A DNA stretch of 64,000 nucleotides from Hormiphora californensis (Eukaryota > Animalia > Ctenophora), in NCBI GenBank assembly GCA_020137815.1, contig CM035356.1:744001-808000 (forward strand), in the 5' to 3' direction. Shown in pieces: positions 44,585 through 54,449 of this stretch. The notes under the pieces were generated by a model that was not told the DNA's origin, ran no database searches, and saw only the letters and a list, made by a program, of their open reading frames with translations. How positions within the stretch are numbered: the first letter of the stretch is position 1; each line of letters opens with the position of its first letter. Position numbers and translations under genes: made by a program.

Positions 44585-44643
44585 CCAGTTGCAGATTGGA
44601 GGCTGGCGCCAGAAACTGGCGCCAGCCTCCAATCTGCAACTGG
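44585..44643. other. Perfect 28-bp-stem, 3-nt-loop hairpin upstream of the F-box gene
   Basis: CCAGTTGCAGATTGGAGGCTGGCGCCAG-AAA-CTGGCGCCAGCCTCCAATCTGCAACTGG. Confidence 0.9.
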
Positions 44644-45135
44644 AGCGTAATAAATTTTCAGAACGTAAACAGCAATCCGACACCGGGGTCTCAGATAATA
44701 AACGCACACCACGATCGGTCACAGAGTGAACCTGCAAAGTGGTACAACACCGAAGTGTCGAGAGTACCCTCGTATCCATCATGGAACCCGGTATTGTCGG
44801 ATAAGGAACCATAATAAAGTTCAAGAGCCTCCAAGAGCGCACCACAATCAAGAGAGACCAAAATCAAGAGCACACCACAATCAAGAGAGACCAAAATCAA
44901 GAGCACACCACAATCAAGAGAGACCAAATCAAGAGCGCACCACAATCAAGAGAGACCAAATTCAAGAGTGCACCACATCTGGTATCTTCTGGATAGGGAG
45001 CTCTCTTGGATGAGGTGCGCTCTTGATTTGGTCTCTCTTGATTGTGGTGCGCTCTTGATTTGGTCTCTCTTGATTAAACTTGATAAAACTTGATAAATAT
45101 ACTTCATTACAGAATCGTAAACGGTGTCAGTCTTT

Positions 45136-48100
45136 TCAGCATCCCCCTTTAGCTCGAACCTCCAAAACCCAGTCCATGATAGAATTGTTGTTCCGGGTAG
45201 AGTAACCCTTCACAGGTGGATTGTCAGGGAAGTGGTCCAGCCAACGGCCCAGCAGGATCTTGAACGTATCTAAGGTCGCTGCTGTGTTAACCTCTTTCGG
45301 CAATGTGTTCCATAGCCGAGCGGCCCTTACAGCAAATGAATGGAAGTATTTTGTTGAGAATGACTTCTGTGCTCCACTGTAAAGAGTAGGTACTTCGGCT
45401 CGGACACCGAGCCGTTGATGATGGTAAAACCGGGTATTCGTGCTATTAGGTGCTGCACCATTATAGATTTTCCACATTTGTATTATCGAATATCGCTCCC
45501 GCCGACGTTGTAATGACATAAGTCTTAGCTTTTTCAGCCGCTCCCAATAGTCAAGTTGTGCCATGTCTTCGATCCGTCGTGTAAACTGTCTCTGGATGCT
45601 TTCCAGAGCCTGAATGTCACCAATCTTGTAGGGCGACCACAGAGGTGAGCAGTATTCTACTTTGCACCTTATTAGTGACTTGTAGAGTGTCAGCATAGTG
45701 GTTACTGACCTATCTTTAAAAGCCCTCAGTGCCCAGGCGGCCATCCGTCTTGCTTCTGATGAAATCCTCATTACATGGTCTGTCCAGGAGCCATTGTTTG
45801 AGAGGGTGATGCCAAGGTCTTTCACTGTATCCTTTGGCTGTATTTCGTTATCACCTGGAGTCACATATAAGCTTAACTCATGAGTGAAAGGGAGTTCTCT
45901 GAGAAGGGACGTTCTGTTCAGAGTGTAGTGGATGACCTCGAACTTGTCCTCATGGAGTGTCATACAATTGGCTGCAGACCACTCCACCACACGCTGAAGA
46001 TCCTCTTGCATTTCTGCCCCTGATTCTTCCGAGTCGACGCTCTTCTGGAGCTTGGTGTCATCCGCAAAAGTTCTGATTTTGCTGTGGATCACTTGGCTCT
46101 GGAGATCAGCTACGTAGATGATAAAGAGGATTGGTCCAAGTACGGTTCCTTGAGGTACCCCACTTTTGACAAGCTCAAAGTTCGATTTTTCTCCATCGAC
46201 GGTTACTGTTTGATACCGGCCAGTAAGGAAGTCTTTTATCCACTTTAGTACTTTCCCTCTAATACCTAGCTTTTCCAGCTTGGCAATGAGAATGGTGTGG
46301 TTGACACGGTCGAAGGCTTTGGAATAGTCCAAATAGATAACATCGACTTCATTTCCACTGTTTAACTCTCGAAAGATTCCATCCATGTGATCGAGTAGTT
46401 GTGTGAGACAGCTCCGTTGCTTCCTAAATCCATGTTGGCTGTCTGGTAGGAGATTGTTACTTTCCAGGTGTTCCACTAACTTATTTCGTACAACTCGTTC
46501 AAACGTTTTTAGCAAGTTAGAAGTCAGCGAAACAGGACGGTAGTTAACAGCCAGAGTTTTATCACCACGCTTGAAGATTGGTGTGATGTATTGTTTTTTC
46601 AGGTTAGGGGGTGTTATTCCTTCTTCGAAGGACCGTTCCCAAAGAAGAAAGAGTGGTACAGCGAGAGTGGTTTTACAAGCACTGAGAATTTTAGCAGGGA
46701 TGTCACCATCTGGTCCGGCAGAAGCAGGATCAAGCTCAGAGAGAGCTCCTTTGATGTCCTCTGAGGTAAAAATGAAATCCTCTAAAATCGTATTGCTATC
46801 CTCTACCCAAGAGAGACTTTTCAGCAAGTCTCCCCCGTCTGGATCACTGAAGGCCCGGCAGTACTGCTTTTGCAGGAGTTCCGCTTTTTCAGTATTGTCC
46901 GTGGTGAGTGTTCCGTCATCACGTTTGAGGGGGGCGATGTTCGATTTAACCTTTGAAAGTCGTTTAGCGTAGGAGAAGAAATATCGTGGGTTGACCTTGA
47001 TTGTCTTAATGGCGCCGTGTTCCTTCTTCTCGATTGATTCATCTACAGCGTTCTGTATCTTGTCCTCAAGTGCTGTGAGTTCGTCTTGGAGTTCTTCAGT
47101 TTTTGAGATGTTAACGTTGACAGAAGTAATTGCTCCAAGTCTGGCTTTTAACTTCCGCCTTCTCCTTCTCAGTGGTTCGAGGGGGCTGAATTTTCTCCGC
47201 TGAATCTTCTGAGGGGTGTGCTTGATGGTGATTTGCAGAACAGTTAGAATGAAAAGTTCTTTGAATTTGTCACCAACAGGGTCTCCAGACTCTTCACATA
47301 ATGTCTGCAGTTTGTCCCAGTCAACAGAAGCAATGTCCACATTCATTTCTTCAAAATTGGCTTTTGGAATGTCCAACCCTCGAAAACTCATGTGGTCCCA
47401 CTTTTTGATGGTATCTGCTGTCTTCATAAGGGGATTTATCACCAGGGTACAGTCAACTATTCTGTGGTCAGAGATCTTTGTCTCTTCAGTTGTCACAGTT
47501 GATACGTATTGTGGTGAGTTGGTCATTATAACATCCAGAATATTATTGCCCCTGGTTGGTTTGTCAACGACCTGAGTCAGGAAGTTTTCCTCGATGAAGT
47601 TCACAGTTCGTTGATAAGCTGCTATGTTAGCAGCAGCTGATGGTAGGGATTCTTCTTTCCAGTTGAACAATGGCAAGTTTAGATCGCCCATGATAAACAT
47701 TTCAGGGCTCCTTTCATTGGACAGGAGATCAATTTTATCTTGGAGATCGTTCATAACTGTGATGAAGGACTGGTCAGATGATTCGGGGGGACGGTAGATA
47801 CATGAAAACAACATGTTTTTAGCTTTACTAAAAGCCAATACCAGACTGCATTCCCGGTCACTGAATGAGTATGCATAGCTGATTGGGATGTCTTCACGAA
47901 TGTATAACACACAACCTCCTCCTTTCCGATCAGGACGGTCAGAACGGAAGGTGCTGTATCCCTGCATTTTGATTTGGGCGTCTGCAATGTAGTTTTTCAA
48001 CCATGACTCAGTTATTGCAAGGGCAACTGTCGGCGGTGAGTTTGGGTTGTTGAGCAAAACAGCCTCGATGAAGGGGAGTTTCCACCGAGTGTTCCCCCCA

Positions 48101-48140
48101 GCGGCCGGTGAAATACTTCTCCCATTTAGTAGGATAATCT
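45136..48140 (-). CDS. LINE ORF2: APE endonuclease + reverse transcriptase (CR1-like)
   Basis: ITESWL, RSDR..GGG, IYRPP, GDLN, SDH; NYRPVSLTS, QHGFR, YLDYSKAFD, SGVPQGTVLGPILF, FADDTK, KDLG, YCSPLWSP, LQRRRER. The frame is open upstream of the listed TTG to include IILLNGRS. Confidence 0.93.
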
Positions 48141-48860
48141 TTGAGAGGGCAGTATTTGGGTCGGTAGCTGCCGATGTACTCCTTGAGTGAGGGTACCTGT
48201 AGGGAGGGTGTACTGCACCGGCGGGTGTGCTTGTAAGTGGTGGGCCAGCTGGTTGTGCAGCATTGATTCGCTGTGGGTGGGGCCAAGCTGGGAGAGAATT
48301 TCTTCCATTCTGTCCGCTTGCCTCAGTGATTCTTCTCTCGCATTCCTGACCTCCTTCAAAACAATGCTCAGGAAACCCGATTGTAAGTGTCCAGGGTTTT
48401 GCTGCGAAACTGGTCGCAATGGTGAGCCGCTAAGAGGGAGTTGTTCATCCTGCACTCTCTCTCTGTGGTCAGTGGCGTGAGTGTTAGGTTGCTGTGTTGT
48501 CCTAACAACGTCCTGACGTTCTCTCCTTTCAGGGTTTTCCACTTTCCTTCGTGTACCCTTGAGGTGGAGATGTGGGCAATCAGGGTTTAGGCACTGCCGC
48601 TCCTTCATTCTCCGCTGTGAGCCCTCACATAATTTAGGATGCAGTTTTGAGCACTTTGCACCCAACTTACACCCATGGCGTGAGTGAGATCCGTACAGCT
48701 TGAATTTTCTGCAGACTTTACGGTGGGTAAAACGGCAGGTTTTCCCATTCACTTCCTTTTTCCCGGATATCCCGTGCCTGCAGTAGCCTTCTGCAAGGAA
48801 TGTACAAGGGGCCGTAGAAGATTCCCCAGCTGGTACCTCTTCAGCTACAACTTCTGCAGA
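48126..48860 (-). CDS. LINE ORF1 C-terminal part with CCCH-type zinc fingers (5'-truncated)
   Basis: CTFLAEGYCRHG..CRFTH, CRKFKLYG..GCKLGAKCSKLH, CEGS..CLNPDCPHLH. Confidence 0.75.
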   Translation of the reverse strand, partial: SAEVVAEEVPAGESSTAPCTFLAEGYCRHGISGKKEVNGKTCRFTHRKVCRKFKLYGSHSRHGCKLGAKCSKLHPKLCEGSQRRMKERQCLNPDCPHLHLKGTRRKVENPERRERQDVVRTTQQPNTHATDHRERVQDEQLPLSGSPLRPVSQQNPGHLQSGFLSIVLKEVRNAREESLRQADRMEEILSQLGPTHSESMLHNQLAHHLQAHPPVQYTLPTGTLTQGVHRQLPTQILPSQRLSY

Positions 48861-50329
48861 TTATACAAATAAATACAAATACAATTATAATTTATATCCC
48901 GCTTTTGGGCCTATGCATTGTTAGTGCCAGGAGGACGCCGTTTCAATCAGTCGATTGAAGCAACGCACCCACCACTAACAAGCCTTCTAAAGCGGCTCTT
49001 ATAGGATTATAAGATCCTAAAGGCCTTAAAAAACCGTCGGCAGTCATTCGATATAATATATATAAATGTATGTAGAAAATAAGGGTTATAAAATATCTAA
49101 TTAAGAAATAGCGTAATTAATTCGATGAGTGATTAAGTAGTTAGATAATAGAGAAATTAACTAGTTAGATAATTGATAATTAACTAGTTAGATAATAACT
49201 AGTTAGATAATTAACTGTTGATTAATAATATATATACATAGTGTAAATACTAAGTAAGTAGTAAATACTAAGTAAGTAGTATAGTTTAATAATTAATTCA
49301 AGTAAAAGGCTAGTGATCTAAAAAGGAGGCGAATAGCTAAGTAATTAGTTAATGGATAAAGTAACTGTAACAGGATAACCGATAAGGTAATACACACTAA
49401 CCATATTAATTGCTATATAAGGTTATGATCTAATAAATGGCCTATGGAAAATTCTAAAGAAGCTGGTAATAAATTAATTAATTAATTAATGAATAACGAG
49501 GTAGAAAAATAAAAAGCAAGAGACCAGAGGTCAGTCAGATAGGTTAAATACAAAGCTGTTAATAAATTAATTAATTGGAGCAGTAAAAAATAAAAAGGCA
49601 GGAGACCAGTGCAATGGCCAGTCAGAATAAGTTAATTAATGCGGTTGGGTTTAAAATTTAATGTACGAAAAAAACGTTAAGCTAATTATAGTAAGCTGTA
49701 AGATAGATAACTGTACTAGACGTAAGTATTTAGGTTCTAATTTAAAGTAATTTTAAGGTAACTAGGATAGAGAAGATATAAAATTAAGAGCTGCCCAACT
49801 TAGAAACTCTAGAGTCTATTCTCCAAACACACTCGTATAAAGTCCATGTATGTTTATCGTCTTGATGTCTTCGAGAACGTAATACCCTCCGTGATGTTCA
49901 CTGAACATTGTTCAGGCTGGCTCACTCGCTCGCTCAAAGAACCTATGACTCTACTCTAGCCAGAAAGGAAAGAAACTCAACACACACTGTCACAATACAA
50001 CCAGAAAAATATACTCAAAAAACTCGACACTCTTGACATGATATCAGACCCCTACTCTACTCATATGTTGGAGGAAAGGACTTCAGATGATGATGTAGTT
50101 ATAGGAGATGTAGTCAAAATAGGAATGTAGTAATGATAGGAATGTAGCACAGTAGAGGAATGTAGGACGTAAAAGGAAAGACCTCCCATCCGAGACTTCA
50201 CCACAACACAGCCTTTCCCACAGCCTTTCCCACGATGATTCTAAAACTCCAAACCGAGACTCAGCAGATCACCTCAAAACCTCACTTCAAAGCCAAACGA
50301 GGCACCACTTCAAAGACCCTACCACCACA

Positions 50330-50628
50330 TCACATGCTACACCACCACTTCACATACTTCACCACCACTTCACAGACTCCACCGCCACTTCACAGACTCC
50401 ACCACCACTTCACAGACTCCACCGCCACTTCACAGACTCCACCACCACTTCACAAACTTCACCACCACTTCACAGACTCTACCACCACTTCACAGACCTC
50501 ACCACCACTTCACAGACTCCACCACCACTTCACAGACCTCATCACCACTTCACAGACACCACCACCACCACTTCACAGACTCCACCACCACTTCACAGAC
50601 CCCACCACCACTTCACAGACTCCACCGG
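50330..50628. repeat. 21-bp minisatellite (CACCACCACTTCACAGACTC-like), ~14 units, in the LINE 3' region
   Basis: Directly visible; it explains the His/Thr-rich pseudo-ORF 50235..50783. Confidence 0.9.
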
Positions 50629-50726
50629 AAGACCTCACTACAAACCCCCGATGCAACCAAAGCCTAACACAAACGCCAGGACAGAAAACAAACCACAACC
50701 CACACAGAAGACTTCTAACGCCAAAA

Positions 50727-52325
50727 CTACCCAAATGCCTTTCCAAACAGATGCGTCTTCAGATCTCTTTTAAAACTGTTTAAGGATTCGGCAGATCTAA
50801 GTCTTCTTGGCAATTGGTTCCAAAACTTCGGGCCGCATACACTGAAGGCACTTTCGTTTAGTTTATACCTAGCCCTTGGTGTCTCCAAGAGAAGGTTGTC
50901 GTCATCTTTTCTGAGACTCATAGATTTCCTCCTTCTTTTTTGAATTCGGTCAGATAAGTAGCCAGGTGCAACTCCGTTGACACATTTATACACCAGTACA
51001 CATACTTTGAACTCAATTCTCTCAGCTACTGGGAGAAAGTGCAGTGCTTTTCTCAAGTTGGTAGTACCCCTCCATTTTCTCTGGCCATAAATGAACCTTG
51101 CAGCAGCATTCTGGATCTTTTGCAGTCTGTCTAAATTCTTCTTCGTAATACCAGTCAACAGGGAGTTACAGTAGTCCAACTTAGAGTGTATAAGGCTCGC
51201 CACAAGGGTAGTCTTTAGTTTCCTTGAAAGTTTACCTCCTACCCTCCATAGATTCACCAATGTAGCATTACAGGAGTTGACGATTCTGGTCACATGTTCA
51301 TCAAAAGATAGCCTATCATCAAAATACACTCCCAGATTCCTCACAGAAGTAGCAACAGGTAAAGGTTCAGCGCCCTCAACCAGCTGGAAAGAGCTTTGAG
51401 TATTGGAGTCTTTAGGCGATAGTATCAGGATCTCAGTCTTAGATGGATTGAGACGCAGGAAGCTCGCTGTTAGCCAAGACTGTATGTCCGTGGCACACTT
51501 TCGAAGTCTCTGTTCGGTCTCCGCAAAGTTCTCAGTCGAAAAAGCGGCGTATATCTGGGTATCATCAGCATAAAAATGAATATGTACACCATTCCTTAAG
51601 GCAATCGATTCCAGCTCTGCAGTGTAGCATATAAAAAGAATAGGGCCCAAAATAGAACCCTGAGGCACCCCGATACCAATTGCTGTAAGAGTCGACTTAA
51701 CCTGCCCAACCGATACTGACGCAGTTCTCCCCGTGAGATAGCTCTCAAACCATGCTAAAGATGTACCTTTCACCCCATACAACTTCTTAAGTCTTTGCAG
51801 CAAGACAGAATGGTTAACAGTATCGAATGCAGCACTCATATCTAAGAGTAAAAGTGCAACCTTCGATTTATCGTCTGTTAGCATTAGTAGATCATCCAGA
51901 ATGCGGAGAGTCGCCGTCTCACAGCTCTTGTTCGCACGGTAGGCAGACTGGTTTTTGGGCAGTAACGCATGGTCTTCAAGGTGCTTCACAAACTGATCTG
52001 CTGCACATCTCTCGATAAGTTTACCAAGAAAAGGCAAGTTACTGACGGGTCTATAGTTACCAAGATCATCCGGATCTAGACCAGCTTTCTTGATGAGGGG
52101 TCGAATCAGAGCAGTCTTGAGTTCAGAAGGAAAGACCCCCGTGGTTAAGCTAGAGTTGACGATTTTAGAAAGGATAGGCAATAATTCAGCAAAGAGACTC
52201 CGCACATATGATGTGGGAAGAGGATCCAACTCACAATGCTTTGTCCCCATGTCAAATAAAGTTGCTCGGAGTGTCTCATCAGAGATGCTTGTAAACTCGA
52301 AATCAGGCGGTGTGTTGGAATGTGT
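50727..52325 (-). CDS. L2-like reverse transcriptase (5'-truncated ORF2)
   Basis: CELDPLPT, NYRPVSNLPFLGKLIE, QSAYR..SCETA, LLDMSAAFDTVNH, GVPQGSILGP, YADDTQIY, LNPSKTE, SKLDYCNSLL, LQKIQNAAAR, LHFLPV..RIEFK, FKRDLKTHLF. Confidence 0.92.
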   Translation of the reverse strand, partial: THSNTPPDFEFTSISDETLRATLFDMGTKHCELDPLPTSYVRSLFAELLPILSKIVNSSLTTGVFPSELKTALIRPLIKKAGLDPDDLGNYRPVSNLPFLGKLIERCAADQFVKHLEDHALLPKNQSAYRANKSCETATLRILDDLLMLTDDKSKVALLLLDMSAAFDTVNHSVLLQRLKKLYGVKGTSLAWFESYLTGRTASVSVGQVKSTLTAIGIGVPQGSILGPILFICYTAELESIALRNGVHIHFYADDTQIYAAFSTENFAETEQRLRKCATDIQSWLTASFLRLNPSKTEILILSPKDSNTQSSFQLVEGAEPLPVATSVRNLGVYFDDRLSFDEHVTRIVNSCNATLVNLWRVGGKLSRKLKTTLVASLIHSKLDYCNSLLTGITKKNLDRLQKIQNAAARFIYGQRKWRGTTNLRKALHFLPVAERIEFKVCVLVYKCVNGVAPGYLSDRIQKRRRKSMSLRKDDDNLLLETPRARYKLNESAFSVCGPKFWNQLPRRLRSAESLNSFKRDLKTHLFGKAFG

Positions 52326-52981
52326 AGTGGTGTGCTCTTGATTTTGGTCTCTCTTGATTGTGGTGCACTCTTGATTTTGGTCTCTCTTGGATGGGGTGCG
52401 CTCTTGGAGGCTCTTGAACTTTATTATGGTTCCTTATTGCTGTTTGAAGTAAAGTAAATATAATATCTTCACGCCTACAAATTTTCAGAAACTTTTTTTA
52501 TTTACCGCGACGCGACGCTTGTTATATTGAACCTGAACAGCGCGGGTATTTTATCCAAGTAACGCGCGCGTTATATTGCAGCGTTGTTTAACAAATACCG
52601 CGTGTGCTCTATAGACAGACAGACAGTAATAAAACTTTAATAACCAGATGTCCAGATATTTTACAGTGCAAAAAGAGTTGATCAATATTAAATAAATCAT
52701 GCAAATTGCGAAATAATAATAAATTTTCTAGCTTCTTGTATTTGTGTTAAGATTGTCTCATTGTCTTAATGTCTTATTGCCACGCCGAGTGCCGATCAAA
52801 TGCTGCAGAGACATAGTACTTGGTTTGGAAGGCTTTAGTCCGATGTTTAGACCATGGTCTCATGAACGCTGCGTAGGTAAATCTGTTTGTACTCTTGGGT
52901 GTCTGAAAAATTGCACCAAATTGAAATGGCTATTGTGAAATTGACATTGACAAGTACAAGTTGTACTATACAATTACAGAC

Positions 52982-54229
52982 GGTGTGCGGACTCTAGTGC
53001 TACACTCTAAGTCTAAAGAGGACTCTATATCTAAATTTAGATTTAGATAAAGAGTCCAAATAATTCTAAACTCTAGGAGGACTCTTTATCTAAAAAGTCT
53101 ACACAGGGCGGACTCTTTATCTAAAAAGTCTAAACAAAGTGGACTCTATATGAGGCATAAACTCTTGCCAGTGGCGCGTTATTTCAGATACCTTTCTCCC
53201 AGCGCGCCGCTGGGAGAAGGTAGCTGTAGTTTATCCGCCACTGGCGGATAAACTGGTTTAAATCACGACGACGATCCCGAGGCGTAGCCGAGGGAGAGGC
53301 GGAGGGGTTTAAACCTATAACGCGTCTGTGGCAAGAGTTTATAGGTTATATACCCTGCTTTAGTTGTTTGTTACAAGTATTACACACTAACAAGAGAGAG
53401 AACACTAATCAAAACACACAAAGAGAACTGAGAAACAGTCAAAAACATCTCTCAATTGAGTGTACATTGTTTGGTAACAGTTACTAAGGAGAGAGAGAAA
53501 GAAATAACAAGATATGGGGCATGCCAGACATAACACAGAGGAATTGAGATAGTGAAACAAAAGGGAAGATAAAGAGAGAGTAATTGGCGGAATGTGTTGT
53601 TTCTTTCTCTCCAATTTAGTGTGTAACTCTTCCAAACAGTGTTCCCTCTGTATTTCAGTAAGAACTGATCATTTACACACACTTTGAATGTAACATAGGA
53701 GTTAAAAATAAATAACCTGCCAGTGGGAAATAATCTGCCGCTGGACTGGCTGGTTATCGAGAGCGCGCTAGTGGGACTTCTCGCCACTGGCGCATTATTT
53801 AAGTTAGCAGGGTATATATCTACATAAATCTAAATTAGATATAGAGTCCGCCTTTCGCCGCGAACTCGAGATTTCGGCCGTCAGGCCGGAAACGAGAGTT
53901 TGCTCTACCCCTATACTAATTTAGAAGTGTTAGGGCCGTTATTTGGGTTCGAGGTTAGGGTTAGGGTTAGTGTTAGGGTTAGGTTTTGGGTTGGGTTAGG
54001 ATTTTAGACATAGAGTCCGGGTTGGAGGATTTGGCGCCAAAATGTACTAGAGGACTCTATGTCTAAAAATTCTACACAGGGCGGACTCTTTATCTAAAAA
54101 GTCTACACAGGGAGGACTCTTTATCTAAACTTTTTTCAAAATCTAACTGTAGATAAAGAGTCCGTTTTTAGATATAGAGTCCGCCTTGGATTTAGATAAA
54201 GAGTCCGTTAGCACTAGAGTCCGCCCACC
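52982..54229. mobile_element. MULE-like MITE (580 bp), copy 1, with a nested 664-bp element
   Basis: TIR GGTG(T/G)GCGGACTCTAGTGCTA; perfect 9-bp TSD ATTACAGAC; internal GGACTCT(A/T)TATCTA repeats and a TTAGGG-like tract. Confidence 0.9.
53151..53814. mobile_element. 664-bp non-coding element, copy A (TATA-flanked; Crypton/DIRS-like structure)
   Basis: The empty site is visible in the MULE copy at ~61266-61280 (GGACTC-TATA-TCTAC on -). Insertion duplicates TATA. A near-identical inverted copy lies at 56380-57043. Confidence 0.85.
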
Positions 54230-54449
54230 ATTACAGACTGTCCTTGGTTTCCATATAGCAACCAAAAAACATTTACAATTTAGTCTTGCGAAACCCTGCA
54301 TTCTTTGGGGCAGCCGGATGGAATCTTGCCTTATGGAAACAGTATTGAGTATATAATTCACAGCGCCACTATAATAATAATATCACGATAGTACCTACTA
54401 ACATTCTATTGTTTTAGCTATTTTTTAGCTATTTTTTAGCTATATTGTT

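Larger units (their letters stand above)
45076..48860 (-). mobile_element. CR1-clade non-LTR retrotransposon, 5'-truncated within ORF1
   Basis: ORF1 remnant, intact APE-RT ORF2, very short 3' UTR and a tandem-repeat tail (TTTATCAAGT)n. Confidence 0.88.
48861..52326 (-). mobile_element. L2-clade LINE, 5'-truncated, with a long AT-rich 3' region ending in ..AAAAGCGGGATATAAAT(TGTATT)n
   Basis: RT ORF 52325-50727 plus a tail motif typical of L2-group 3' ends at ~48861-48910. Assigning all of 48910-50726 to this 3' UTR is inference. Confidence 0.7.
44804..52434. mobile_element. TA-flanked MITE with ~33-bp subterminal tandem repeats, split by a 7.25-kb LINE block (45076-52326)
   Basis: TIR AGGAACCATAATAAAGTTCAAGAGCCTCCAAGAGCGCACC at 44804 and inverted, ending at 52434. 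The repeat phase is continuous across the inserted block. Confidence 0.88.

Noticed and set aside
44820-45075. CRISPR-like ~33-bp repeats next to a reverse transcriptase
   Set aside because: Spacerless subterminal repeats of a MITE; the RT is an ordinary LINE ORF2.
50235-50783. His/Thr/Pro-rich 182-aa ORF
   Set aside because: Translation of a 21-bp minisatellite antisense to the LINE.
53405-53787. Hydrophobic ORFs repeated at 56305-56789
   Set aside because: Low-complexity CT-rich interior of the 664-bp element; no domain signature.
53954-54000. Telomere or chromosome-fusion site
   Set aside because: Short degenerate tract that is an internal part of a repeated MITE.
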